DNA from: Alphaproteobacteria bacterium
GTDB lineage: Bacteria > Pseudomonadota > Alphaproteobacteria > MPNO01
DNA: 64,000 nucleotides
Assembly (NCBI GenBank): GCA_965202835.1
Contig: CBDBCA010000006.1
Span: forward strand, 1,731,828 to 1,795,827
Direction of reading: 5' to 3'
In this document: piece after piece, positions 17,655-26,994 of the stretch
Position numbering within the stretch: position 1 is the first letter of the stretch
How the letters are laid out: every line of letters starts with the position of its first letter
Notes under the pieces: model-generated
Databases searched by the model: none
Seen by the model: the letters and a program-made list of their open reading frames with translations, nothing else
Told to the model about the DNA's origin: nothing
Translations under genes and position numbers: made by a program

Positions 17655-18668
17655 TCACACATCGAGCTTGAAGACGCGGCGGGCGTTGTCCGCGAGAATC
17701 TTTTCCTTGTCCGGGTCCGACAGCCAGTCGAACCCCTTGATGTGGTACGCGACATCGTCCATGTGCCGCCCGGTATCGGGGTTGACGGACGAACCGACGC
17801 CGGGGCATTCCGCGCCGAACAGGCACCGATCGACACCCGCGACCCGGATCAGCAATTCGATCGCGTCGGGCGTATAGAGGACCGTGTCGTAGTAGAGCCG
17901 CCGCATGCGCTGGCTGAAGCGTTCGGCCCCTTCGCGGCGCAGCGTGCCGGATTCGAAGCGACCGAGCTGATAGGGGATCGCCCCGCCGCCGTGGCTGACG
18001 ACGATCTTGAGGTCGGGGAAATCGTCGAGGACCTGGGAGTTGACCAGCCCGTAGACGGCTGTCGTCTCCTCGTTGATGAAGCGGAGCGAATAGGGTTCCC
18101 GTTCGGAGCGCGACCCTGTGCCGTGGATATGCGCCGGGACGTCGAGCTCGCACAGTTTCTCGTAGAGCGGATACCAGTAGCGGTCGCCGAGCGCCGGCGG
18201 ATGGACCCCGGTGTTCTCGTAGGGGTCGGGATTGAGCAGGCAGCCCTTGAAGCCGAGCTCCGACACGCAGCGCTCCAGTTCCCGGATCGCCATGTCGAGC
18301 GGCTCGCCGCAGGGTTGGGGAAGGCCGCCGATGCCGATGAACCGGTCCGGGTAGAGCCCGGTCTCCCGGTGAATCATGTTGTTGCATTCCTCGTGGAACC
18401 ACTGGACGAGCTTCGCGGGCTTCTCGGAATGCATCAGCTGGAAGGGACGCGGGGAGACGAGTTGCATGTCGGTCCCCAGCGCGTCGAGATAGTCCATGTG
18501 GCTGTGGCCGGAGCCCGGAAAATGCTTCTTCTCGACGGCTTCGCGGATGTCGTCGTCGCTGACATTGACCCGGCCGCGCCCGTGCGAGCCGCGATGCGAG
18601 ATCAGCGTCGCCTTGTAGGCCCACAACTCGGCGGGCGCGCTTACATGGGCGTGGCAATCGATGATCAT
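17655..18668 (-). CDS. amidohydrolase_2 family enzyme (ACMSD/LigJ/LigI-like hydratase, decarboxylase or lactonase)
   Basis: MIIDCHAHV... metal-binding start and an overall PF04909-like pattern. 337 aa. First gene of the minus-strand operon that continues into dppB. Confidence 0.8.
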   Translation of the reverse strand: MIIDCHAHVSAPAELWAYKATLISHRGSHGRGRVNVSDDDIREAVEKKHFPGSGHSHMDYLDALGTDMQLVSPRPFQLMHSEKPAKLVQWFHEECNNMIHRETGLYPDRFIGIGGLPQPCGEPLDMAIRELERCVSELGFKGCLLNPDPYENTGVHPPALGDRYWYPLYEKLCELDVPAHIHGTGSRSEREPYSLRFINEETTAVYGLVNSQVLDDFPDLKIVVSHGGGAIPYQLGRFESGTLRREGAERFSQRMRRLYYDTVLYTPDAIELLIRVAGVDRCLFGAECPGVGSSVNPDTGRHMDDVAYHIKGFDWLSDPDKEKILADNARRVFKLDV

Positions 18669-18800
18669 GTTCCCCTCCCCCCTTCCGCGTTATCCGCGGC
18701 GAGCGCCGGTACTATAGGGGAGTTGCGGCCGCGCCCAAATTTGCGCGGCCGTTCAGGGTGAAGGTCAGGTGGCTCGCTCGCCGACTCCTCCCTGCCTTCT

Positions 18801-18822
18801 CCCCTCCCGCTTGCGGGAGGGG
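18801..18822 (-). terminator. GC-rich hairpin downstream of the livF-like gene (no U-tract)
   Basis: A 10-bp perfect stem (cccctcccgc/gcgggagggg) 35 nt past the livF stop on the minus strand. It lacks a T-run, so rho-independent function is uncertain. Confidence 0.3.
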
Positions 18823-18855
18823 TCGGGGGAGGGCGGCGCCGGGCCGGATTCTCCT

Positions 18856-19515
18856 TCAATCCACGAGTTCGTCGACGTTCTGACCGCGTTCGATCATGTA
18901 GGTCTGCTGGACGAATTCGACGCGCTTGTCGTCCGACTCCGCCATCAGCACGGTGAGCCCGTCCTCCTGGAGCTGGCGGATCGTCTCGCCGAGCTTGTCT
19001 CCCAGCCCGGGCGACAGGCCCTCGAACGGCTCGTCCAGCAGCAGGAGCTTCGTGCCGCTCATCAGCGAGCGGGCAAGCGCCGCCATCTTCTGCTGCCCGC
19101 CGCTCAGCATCGTTGCACGACGGCTCACCATCGGCACGAGGTCGGGCATTCGGTCGTAGATGTAGCGCAGCCGCTCCTCGGCGTTCTCCATCTTGGCCGC
19201 CCAGGCCGGCAGCAGGATGTTGTCCTCGACCGTCAGCGAGCCGATCAGGCGGCGATCCTCGGGCATGTAGCCGATGCCGCGCTGGGCCCGCATATGGCCC
19301 GGCACCTCGAGAAGGTTCTCGCCGTCGAGCTCGATGTCGCCGCCCACCACCGGCACGAGGCCCATGATGCTCTTGAGCGTCGTCGTCTTGCCGGCGCCGT
19401 TGCGGCCCACCAACGCGACCATTTCGCCCTCGGGTATGTCGAGGCTGATCCCGCGCAGGATCACGAAGGTCTTGATGGTGACCTTGATCTCGCCGAGCTT
19501 CAGCATGTCACTCAT
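18856..19515 (-). CDS. branched-chain-amino-acid-type ABC ATP-binding protein (LivF-like), operon 1
   Basis: Start MSDMLKLGEIK... (ATG at 19515; the ATGAGTGA overlaps the LivG stop). GRNGAGKTT and LSGGQQKM motifs. Confidence 0.85.
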   Translation of the reverse strand: MSDMLKLGEIKVTIKTFVILRGISLDIPEGEMVALVGRNGAGKTTTLKSIMGLVPVVGGDIELDGENLLEVPGHMRAQRGIGYMPEDRRLIGSLTVEDNILLPAWAAKMENAEERLRYIYDRMPDLVPMVSRRATMLSGGQQKMAALARSLMSGTKLLLLDEPFEGLSPGLGDKLGETIRQLQEDGLTVLMAESDDKRVEFVQQTYMIERGQNVDELVD

Positions 19516-20206
19516 GCCCCAGCACGGCGCGCCTGACCTCGGGCTGGGCCAGCACGCTCTCCGGCTCGCCGTCGGCGACCACCCGGCCGGTATCGAAGAC
19601 CAGGACCCGCTTCCCGTAGCGCTGGACGACATCCATGTCGTGCTCGACGAAGATCGTCGTGATATCGCCCTCCCGCAATACGGCCACCAGCGTGTCCATG
19701 ACCTGGAACTTGTCCTCGATGCTGACCCCGCTGGTCGGCTCGTCCATCACCAGCAGCGTCGGTTTGAGCGCGAACGAAAGCGCGATGTCGAGCAGCTTGC
19801 GCCCGCCCTCGGGAAGCTCGCCCACCGGCCGGTTTGCATAGGACTCGAGGCCGAACCGCTCGAGAATTTCCCACGCCTCCGTCTGCCAGGGATCGCGGTA
19901 GAGCGGCCTCCAGAACCCGCTCGATTCGCCCGCGGTGGCGGCGAGCGAGAGCAGGACGCCCTCGAAAACCGTCATGTTGGTGTAGAGCTGCGGGATCTGG
20001 AAGGAGCGCGCGACGCCGCGCTTGGCCAGCTCTCGCGGCGCGAGATCGGTGGTGTCCTGCCCCATCACCATGATGCGCCCGCTCTCCGGCTTGAGGTAGC
20101 CGGTGATCAGGTTGAGGAAGGTCGTCTTGCCGGACCCGTTGGCGCCGACGATCCCGACCAACTCGCCGTTATCGACCTCGATGTTCAGGTCGTCGGCGGC
20201 GACCAC
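19508..20206 (-). CDS. LivG-like ABC ATP-binding protein, operon 1 (5' end uncertain)
   Basis: GANGSGKTT and LDEPTSGVS motifs. The nearest start is the GTG at 20206, but the conserved LivG N-terminus (ITESTPILQTVAINRTFGAV) continues in frame upstream to about 20263 with no ATG, GTG or TTG. Confidence 0.75.
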   Translation of the reverse strand: MVAADDLNIEVDNGELVGIVGANGSGKTTFLNLITGYLKPESGRIMVMGQDTTDLAPRELAKRGVARSFQIPQLYTNMTVFEGVLLSLAATAGESSGFWRPLYRDPWQTEAWEILERFGLESYANRPVGELPEGGRKLLDIALSFALKPTLLVMDEPTSGVSIEDKFQVMDTLVAVLREGDITTIFVEHDMDVVQRYGKRVLVFDTGRVVADGEPESVLAQPEVRRAVLGHE

Positions 20207-20255
20207 CGCGCCGAATGTGCGGTTGATCGCGACGGTCTGGAGAATGGGCGTCGAT

Positions 20256-21233
20256 TCAGTGATGGTCGCCCCCCCTGTCCTTGCCGGTGATCCGGGCCTC
20301 GATCCGCTGATAGATCGCCCACAGCCCGCCCGGCTGGAACAGGATGATCAGCAGCATGATGATGCCCATCATCATCTGCCAGGCGAGCGGGAAGTACTTG
20401 GACGCGTAGGTCTGGAGGAATTCGAAGACCAGCGCGCCCAGCATGGGCCCGGGCACGCCGCCGAACCCGCCGAGCAGCGCGACGAAGACGAATTCGCCCG
20501 ACTGGATCCAGAAGGCGTCCTCCGGGACGATGTGGCCGATGGTGAATGCCGCCATCACGCCCGCCACCCCGCCCAGCGTGCCGGCGAGGAGATAGGTCCG
20601 GTAGACGACCTGGCGGACCGCGACGCCGGAATATTCGATGCGGATCTCGTTGTCGTACATCGCGCGCAGGAAATACCCGGCCGGCGAGGCCATGAAACGG
20701 TAGACCACGAGCGTCACGATACCGACCATCGTAAGGGCGAAATAGTAGTAGCCGTAGCTGTCGCTCGGCAGGGTGATCCCGGCGAGCGTCGCGGTGCCGA
20801 TCGCCAGCCCGTCGGTGCCGCCGGTGATCCAGTACAACTTGAGCAGGGCGCCGAAAAGCATCATCGAAAACGCGAGGTTCAGCATCGCGAAGAAGACCTC
20901 GCGGTAGCGCGCCATGACGATCCCGACCAGCGCGGCCATGATGAAACCCGCGAGCGCGCCGAGCGGAATCAGGAAGAGCAACTCCCGGACGCCGAGCCAC
21001 TTGATGCAGAAGCCGACCGCATAGGCGCCGGTCGCGTAGTAGAGCGCGTGGCCGAAGGTGAGCAACCCGCCGCGCAGCAGGACCGAAACCCCCATGACGG
21101 CGATGAACATGAACATCGCCTTGGTCAGAACGAACAAGATCCAGCCCGGCAGAAACGGCGGCACCAGGATCAGCAACGCCGCCGCGACGACGCCGGCGCG
21201 CGGCAGGGCTCTCCAGTCCATCCAGTTCATCAT
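20256..21233 (-). CDS. LivM-like ABC permease, operon 1
   Basis: Real start MMNWMDW... (ATG at 21233; the ATGATGA overlaps the LivH stop). The N-terminal 134 aa of the ORF are junk. Confidence 0.85.
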   Translation of the reverse strand: MMNWMDWRALPRAGVVAAALLILVPPFLPGWILFVLTKAMFMFIAVMGVSVLLRGGLLTFGHALYYATGAYAVGFCIKWLGVRELLFLIPLGALAGFIMAALVGIVMARYREVFFAMLNLAFSMMLFGALLKLYWITGGTDGLAIGTATLAGITLPSDSYGYYYFALTMVGIVTLVVYRFMASPAGYFLRAMYDNEIRIEYSGVAVRQVVYRTYLLAGTLGGVAGVMAAFTIGHIVPEDAFWIQSGEFVFVALLGGFGGVPGPMLGALVFEFLQTYASKYFPLAWQMMMGIIMLLIILFQPGGLWAIYQRIEARITGKDRGGDHH

Positions 21234-22126
21234 ATCCTTCGGAGCTCCGCTTCGCCGAAGAGTCCTTCGGGCCGGATCACCAGTACCAGGATCATGATCA
21301 GATAGACCACCATGAGCTCGACCTCGGGGGCGAGATGGATCGCGAGAGCCCGCGCGAAGCTCACGATGACCGCGCCGACCGCCGCGCCCTCGATGCTGCC
21401 CATCCCGCCGATGGCGATGACCGCGAAGGCAAGCACGACGACCTCGAGCGCGAATTGCGGGACGACGGCGATCTTGGGCGCGACGAACGCGCCTCCGAGC
21501 GCCGCGGCCAGCGCTCCCACCGTGAAGGCCACCGTGAAGACCAGGTTGACGTTGATGCCGATGGCCTGGCTGACCTCGCGGTCGTGAATCACCGCGATGA
21601 CGAGCTTGCCGAACCGGGTCGCGCGCACCATCCACACCAGCGCCCCGCCGAAAACCACCGAGACCCCGACCAGGACGAAGTCGTACCAGGGATAGATGAT
21701 CCCGCCGACCTTGAACCTGCCGAGCATCGAATAGGGCTCCGAGATGAACAGCGGCTCCATCCCCCAGATCAGCTTCATGCTGTCATCCAGGATCAGAAGG
21801 ATCGAGAAAGTAAGCAGCAGCTGGATATGCATGTCGCTGCCGTAGATCCGGCGCAACAGCAGTCGTTCGATGATCGGCCCGGCCAGGAAGCCGATGATCA
21901 CGGCGCCCAGCAGCAGCATCAGATAGGTCAGCACCGGCGGCAGGTCGGCGTCAAGCACCAGGAGCGCGAGCCAGGTGCCCATATAGGCGCCGAGGGCATA
22001 GATGCCGCCATGCGAGACGTTGAGGATCCGCATGACGCCGAAGACGACGGTCAACCCGACCGACAGCAGGAACAGCGTCGCCGCATAGTTGATCGCGTCG
22101 AAGACGATGATCGTGAGAAGGTTCAT
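21230..22126 (-). CDS. LivH-like ABC permease, operon 1
   Basis: 298 aa, LivH-like (LLSVGLTVVFGVMRILNVSHG). Confidence 0.85.
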   Translation of the reverse strand: MNLLTIIVFDAINYAATLFLLSVGLTVVFGVMRILNVSHGGIYALGAYMGTWLALLVLDADLPPVLTYLMLLLGAVIIGFLAGPIIERLLLRRIYGSDMHIQLLLTFSILLILDDSMKLIWGMEPLFISEPYSMLGRFKVGGIIYPWYDFVLVGVSVVFGGALVWMVRATRFGKLVIAVIHDREVSQAIGINVNLVFTVAFTVGALAAALGGAFVAPKIAVVPQFALEVVVLAFAVIAIGGMGSIEGAAVGAVIVSFARALAIHLAPEVELMVVYLIMILVLVIRPEGLFGEAELRRI

Positions 22127-22233
22127 TCCGCGCCCGACCCCTGCCGCCTGTCCCGGAACGGCCGTCCGAACCGGGCCGCGAGGGGGGCGTTACCCCCCTC
22201 GCGCTTTGGTTCGGTTGGCCCCGAAACGGCCGG

Positions 22234-23505
22234 CTACTTGATGCTCCGCACCCAGTCGAGGGTCTTGGTGCCGAGCGGCGGGTTGATGTCCTCCGCCTTG
22301 TGGTGGACGATGTTCTCGAGGACCGCGAAACCGTATTTCTTCGAGAACTTGGTCACCCCGACCAGCCCGCCATGCACCGCCTGGTGATCGGGCCGCATGG
22401 TGATGGTGCCGCTCGGCGTCTCCCAGCTCAGGTTCTCGAAGGCCTTGATCACCTCCTCGGTGGTGGGCCACCGCCCCGCCATCTCGATCGCCTTCTCGTA
22501 GGCGCCTTTCAACCCGGACCACGCCTGGTAGGTGCGATAGGCCGGGTAGTCGGGATAGCGCTTGTTGTGCGCGTAGACCGCGGCGACGAAATCCTGATGT
22601 GCCTTGCTCCCCTTGAGGGCGAAGAACCCGGCGGTCGCACGCGGCGCCGCGACCACGCCGTCGGGCATCGACTTGCCGACGTTCTGCAGCACCTGCTCCC
22701 CGGTCGAGAGCAGCACCAGGCTCTGGTCGAACAGCCCGCGCGGCCGCGCCTGCTTGATGAAGGTGATCAGCCCGCCGCCCCAGAAGCTGGAGTGGACGAC
22801 GTCGGGGCGCGACGCCAGAAGGCGGGAAATTTCGGCCGAGTATTCGCCGGCCTGGAACTTGGTCCAGAGCTCCGCGACCACCTTGACGTCGGGCTTGAGG
22901 CGCTGCATCGCGATCTTGAACGCCTCCCAGGAATCGCGGCCCCAGGCATAGTCCTCGTTGGCGCCGGCGATGGTCTTGATGTTCGGATTGACCGAGAGCG
23001 CGTAGCGCGCCAGCGAGACGCTGTCGCCGGCCTGGTTGGAAGCCGTCCGGAAGACGTATTTGAGCTTGTTGTCCTCGGTCAGGCGGTGGGTGCCGCAGAC
23101 ATGCACCACGGTGAGCACCTTGAGCTCCTCGGCCACCGGCGCGATGGCCAGGCAGTTGCCGCTCGAGGTGTAACCGACAACGGCGTCCACCTTCTCGTCG
23201 AGGACCAGGCGCCGCAGCTCCGAGACCTGCTTCTTCGGGCCTCCGCCCTCGTCGACCAGCACCAGGTCGATCGGAACGCCGCCGATGCCGCCTTCCTTGT
23301 TCCACTTGGCGACCAGCCACTCGGACGTGCCCTTGCCGGACACGCCGAACACCGCCGCGCCGCCCGAGAAGAAGTCGACGAACGCCACCTTGAGCGCCTT
23401 GGGCGCCCCCTTCGGCGGGGCCGCGGCCGCGCCGAACGCCATCGCCCCGGCGGCGAGCGCGCCGAGGACGAACGCGGGAATCCTGAATTTCGAAATTTGC
23501 CGCAT
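22234..23505 (-). CDS. Leu/Ile/Val-binding-protein-family SBP (LivK-like), operon 1
   Basis: Start MRQISKFRIPAFVLGALAAGAMAFGAAAA (signal peptide), then a Peripla_BP_6-like pattern. Confidence 0.85.
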   Translation of the reverse strand: MRQISKFRIPAFVLGALAAGAMAFGAAAAPPKGAPKALKVAFVDFFSGGAAVFGVSGKGTSEWLVAKWNKEGGIGGVPIDLVLVDEGGGPKKQVSELRRLVLDEKVDAVVGYTSSGNCLAIAPVAEELKVLTVVHVCGTHRLTEDNKLKYVFRTASNQAGDSVSLARYALSVNPNIKTIAGANEDYAWGRDSWEAFKIAMQRLKPDVKVVAELWTKFQAGEYSAEISRLLASRPDVVHSSFWGGGLITFIKQARPRGLFDQSLVLLSTGEQVLQNVGKSMPDGVVAAPRATAGFFALKGSKAHQDFVAAVYAHNKRYPDYPAYRTYQAWSGLKGAYEKAIEMAGRWPTTEEVIKAFENLSWETPSGTITMRPDHQAVHGGLVGVTKFSKKYGFAVLENIVHHKAEDINPPLGTKTLDWVRSIK

Positions 23506-23658
23506 GACGGACCTCCCTTTCCGTAGGGCTCCGCGCGACCGTAATTCACCGTTATTCGCGGCCGTTCGCGGACGGTTTATCGAAAACCGACTGAAACGGT
23601 AGCACAAAGGAATCCCGATCGAAAGCGCCCGGAAGCAGGCCGCCCGGCGGCAACCGGA

Positions 23659-24303
23659 TCAGTGCGGGACGATGCTGCCGCGCTCGATGACGTAGGTATC
23701 GTCCAGAAGGGGAGCGATGTGAACGTCGTTCGATTCCGCGACCAGCACCGACTCGCCCTCTTCCTTGAGACTGGCGAGAATTTCGACCATCCGCTGGGCG
23801 AAAACCGGCGCGATACCCTCGCTGGGCTCGTCGAGCAGCAGCAGTTTGGTGCCGCACATTATGGCGCGGGCGAAGGCGACGAATTTCTGCTGCCCGCCGG
23901 ACAGCGTCGTCGCGCCGCGATTGCGGAACTCCTCGACCTCGGGCATCAGCCCGTAGATCCACTGCAACCGCTCTTCCGCGCCCTCCGACCTGGTCGACCA
24001 GACCGGCAGCATGATGTTCTCTTCCGCCGTCAACTCGGGCACCAGGCGGCGATCCTCCGGCATGAATCCGATCCCGAGATGGGCGCGGCGGAAGGCGTGC
24101 GAGTTGCCGAGGTCGAGATGCTCGAACTCGATCGATCCCTTCTGCAGCTTGAGCGCGCCCATGATCGCGCGCATCACCGTCGTCTTGCCGGCGCCGTTGC
24201 GGCCGATCAGTCCGCACATTGCGCCGGGTGGCACTTCGAGAGTCACCCCCCGTAGAATCTCGGTGGCGCCGATGCTGACGTCGACGTCCTTGACGGTGAG
24301 CAT
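23659..24303 (-). CDS. LivF-like ABC ATP-binding protein, operon 2
   Basis: C-terminal 214 aa of ORF 23659..24855 (MLTVKDVDVS..., GRNGAGKTT, LSGGQQKF). ATG at 24303, overlapping the LivG stop (ATGA). Confidence 0.85.
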   Translation of the reverse strand: MLTVKDVDVSIGATEILRGVTLEVPPGAMCGLIGRNGAGKTTVMRAIMGALKLQKGSIEFEHLDLGNSHAFRRAHLGIGFMPEDRRLVPELTAEENIMLPVWSTRSEGAEERLQWIYGLMPEVEEFRNRGATTLSGGQQKFVAFARAIMCGTKLLLLDEPSEGIAPVFAQRMVEILASLKEEGESVLVAESNDVHIAPLLDDTYVIERGSIVPH

Positions 24304-25097
24304 CAGCCGGCCTCCCCTTCGCTCGCCCCGTTCTCGGAGCGCGCCCGGTGGTATTCCTTGCCGATGACGAATTCCTGCACCAGCGGATCGACCATCGCCT
24401 GTTCGGTCGGCGCGTCGCAGATGATCTCGCCCTGGGAGAAGGCGAGCACCCGGGAGACGTAGCGCTCGACGATCTCCATGTCGTGCTCGATGAACAGGAC
24501 CGTCGTCTCCTCCTCCTTCAGCGCCTGCATCAGGATGTCCATGATGCCGAACTTCTCCTCGGCGCTGATGCCGCTGGTCGGCTCGTCGAGCATCAGAAGC
24601 TTCGGCTTGCGCACGGTCGCCATCGCGATGTCGAGCAGCTTGCGCACGCCCTGCGGCAGGGCCGATGCCGCGACGTCGCGGTAATCGGCGATCTGGTAGC
24701 GGACCATGTGCGCGTCGACCCGGCCCGCCCGGTCGCCGCGCATCAGCGCGCCCAAGAGGCCCAGCCCGTCTCGCTCGGCGATGCCGAAGGAGATCATCAG
24801 GTTGTCGAACACCGATTCCGACAGGAAGACCTGCGGGACCTGGAACGAGCGGCACAAACCGAGCCGGGTGATGGCGCGTACCGAACGCCCGCGGATGTCC
24901 CGCCCCATGAACTCGATCCTGCCCTCGCTCGGCGGCAGGTAGCCAGTGACCATGTTGACGAAGGTGGTCTTGCCTGCACCGTTGGCGCCGATCACGCCGA
25001 TGGTCTCGCCTTCCTCGATGACGACGTTTATGTCGTGGGCCGCGACGACGGCGCCGAAGCTCTTCTCGAGACCCTGCACGTTCAGTACGACAGACAT
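24303..25097 (-). CDS. LivG-like ABC ATP-binding protein, operon 2
   Basis: Start MSVVLNVQGLEKSFGAV... (ATG at 25097). GANGAGKTT motif. Confidence 0.85.
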   Translation of the reverse strand: MSVVLNVQGLEKSFGAVVAAHDINVVIEEGETIGVIGANGAGKTTFVNMVTGYLPPSEGRIEFMGRDIRGRSVRAITRLGLCRSFQVPQVFLSESVFDNLMISFGIAERDGLGLLGALMRGDRAGRVDAHMVRYQIADYRDVAASALPQGVRKLLDIAMATVRKPKLLMLDEPTSGISAEEKFGIMDILMQALKEEETTVLFIEHDMEIVERYVSRVLAFSQGEIICDAPTEQAMVDPLVQEFVIGKEYHRARSENGASEGEAG

Positions 25098-25102
25098 CGG
25101 CC

Positions 25103-26095
25103 CTACGCCTTCTCTTGTTCGGCTGGCGCTTCGAGGCGGTTGCGCTCCGCGCGCTTCTTGTTCCAGCGATCGACCAGGGACCACAGCCCGTTGGGCAGGA
25201 ACATGATGATCAGCAGCAACGTCCCGCCCATGATGAGCTGCCAGATGCCGGGGAACTGCTCGAACGCGTAGGTGCGGATCAGCTCATAGAGCAGCGCGCC
25301 GATGAACGGCGCGCCGACATTCCCGGTGCCGCTGAGGATCGCGATGAACACGAAGTCGCCGGAAATCGGCCAATAGGCCATCGAGTCGGGATCGACATGG
25401 CCGATGGTCATCGCGGCAATGGCGCCGCCGAATCCGCCCACCAGGCCTGAGATCGTGTACTTGACGTGGATCGCCCGCTCCGCGGAATAGCCGAGATATT
25501 CGAGGCGGATTTCGTTCTCCCGAACAGCCGTCGTCATGTAGCCGAGCGTCGAGCGGAGATAGTGATGCACCGCCATCGCGACGCCCCAGGTCAGCACCGC
25601 GGCGAAGAAGAACAGCGTGGTCTTGTTCGCGGCGCCCTCCGGCGCGTACCAGAGATAGGTCGTCCGTTCGAGGCTGATGCCGTCGGTCGAACCCAGGCTC
25701 TCCAGCTTTGCGAGCACGCCGTAAAGGATCATCGAGAAGGCGAGGTTCAGGAGCGCGAAGAAGATGCCCCGGTAGCGCCTGAGCAGGAAGCCGAGGATCC
25801 AGGCGAACCCGCCCGCCACGACGACACCGCAGGCGATGGTGAAGAACGCGTCGGTGATTCCGAGATACTTGACGATCAGGGCCACCGTGTAGGCGCCGAA
25901 ACCGTAAAACAGCGCGTGGCCGAAGGAAATCAGCCCGCAGCGCCACAGCACCAGCAGGCCGAGCGCCACCGAACCGCGCGCAAGCGAGAGCAGCAGGATC
26001 GCCCGGAACCACTCCGGTATGAAAAAGTTGACGACGATCAGCAGGGCCAGACCGATGGTCAGCGCCCAAGTCGTCTGGTCCATGTATTTCGTCAT
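25103..26095 (-). CDS. LivM-like ABC permease, operon 2
   Basis: Real start MTKYMDQTTWALTIG... (ATG at 26095; ATGA overlap with LivH). The upstream 249 ORF residues are junk. Confidence 0.85.
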   Translation of the reverse strand: MTKYMDQTTWALTIGLALLIVVNFFIPEWFRAILLLSLARGSVALGLLVLWRCGLISFGHALFYGFGAYTVALIVKYLGITDAFFTIACGVVVAGGFAWILGFLLRRYRGIFFALLNLAFSMILYGVLAKLESLGSTDGISLERTTYLWYAPEGAANKTTLFFFAAVLTWGVAMAVHHYLRSTLGYMTTAVRENEIRLEYLGYSAERAIHVKYTISGLVGGFGGAIAAMTIGHVDPDSMAYWPISGDFVFIAILSGTGNVGAPFIGALLYELIRTYAFEQFPGIWQLIMGGTLLLIIMFLPNGLWSLVDRWNKKRAERNRLEAPAEQEKA

Positions 26096-26994
26096 ATCTT
26101 CCTCGGCCTGGCGGGGGCGAACAGACCCTGGGGCCGGACGATCAGGACGATCGCCATGATCATGTAGATGACGAACAGTTCCAGCACCGGCTCCAGATGG
26201 ACCGCCGCGGCGCGGGCGATGCCAACCACCACGGAACCGATCAGGGCGCCGGGGATCGACCCCATGCCGCCGATCACCACGACCGCGAAGGCGAGCACGA
26301 TGACCTCCACCCCGATTCCCGGCTGAACCGAGATCGCGGGTGCCTGATAGGCGCCGCCGAGAGCGCCGAGGAACGAGCCCACCATGAAGGTGAGCAGGAA
26401 GATCATGGTGACGTTGATCCCCATCGCCTGAGACAGCTCGCGGTCGTAGATCACCGCCAAAAGCATCTTGCCGAAGGTGGTCCGCCTCAGCCCGTACCAA
26501 AGCACGGCGGCGACCAGCGCCGACAGCGCGATCATTGACAGGTTGTAGTTGTCGAAGGGAAGTTCGGCGATATCGGTTTGGCCGAGCAGCGCCAGCGGCT
26601 CGGCCGCGATATAGGGGTTCGTCCCCCAGATCAGCAGCAGCACGTCCTCGAGGATCAGGAACGCAGCGAAGGTCGCCAGCACGATGATGTGCTCGTCCTC
26701 GGCGTAGAGGAACTGGAGCAGCCCGCGCTCGATGATGATCCCGAAGACGATTCCGAGAAAGATCGCGGTCAGCGCCATGATGACGAAGGCGCCGGCTCCG
26801 GGCCAGCCGGTCTCGGCGTAGACGATGAGAATCGTCGCGCACAGATAGGCGCCGAAGGCATATAGCGATCCGTGCGTGACGTTGAGGATCTTCTGAACGC
26901 CGCAGATCACCGTCAGCCCGACGGAAACCATGAACAGGTAGGAGGCGTAGACCAATCCGTCGATCAGGATGATGAGTAGGAGTTCGGTGTCCAA
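26092..26994 (-). CDS. LivH-like ABC permease, operon 2
   Basis: 300 aa, LivH-like. Confidence 0.85.
   Translation of the reverse strand: MDTELLLIILIDGLVYASYLFMVSVGLTVICGVQKILNVTHGSLYAFGAYLCATILIVYAETGWPGAGAFVIMALTAIFLGIVFGIIIERGLLQFLYAEDEHIIVLATFAAFLILEDVLLLIWGTNPYIAAEPLALLGQTDIAELPFDNYNLSMIALSALVAAVLWYGLRRTTFGKMLLAVIYDRELSQAMGINVTMIFLLTFMVGSFLGALGGAYQAPAISVQPGIGVEVIVLAFAVVVIGGMGSIPGALIGSVVVGIARAAAVHLEPVLELFVIYMIMAIVLIVRPQGLFAPARPRKI

Noticed and set aside
16840-18657. 605-aa minus-strand ORF across the dppB and amidohydrolase genes
   Set aside because: Out-of-frame overlap of two real genes; RP-rich junk.
20185-21000. 271-aa and other Arg-rich ORFs overlapping livM/livH genes in alternate frames
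   Set aside because: Alternate-frame artefacts within hydrophobic permease genes.
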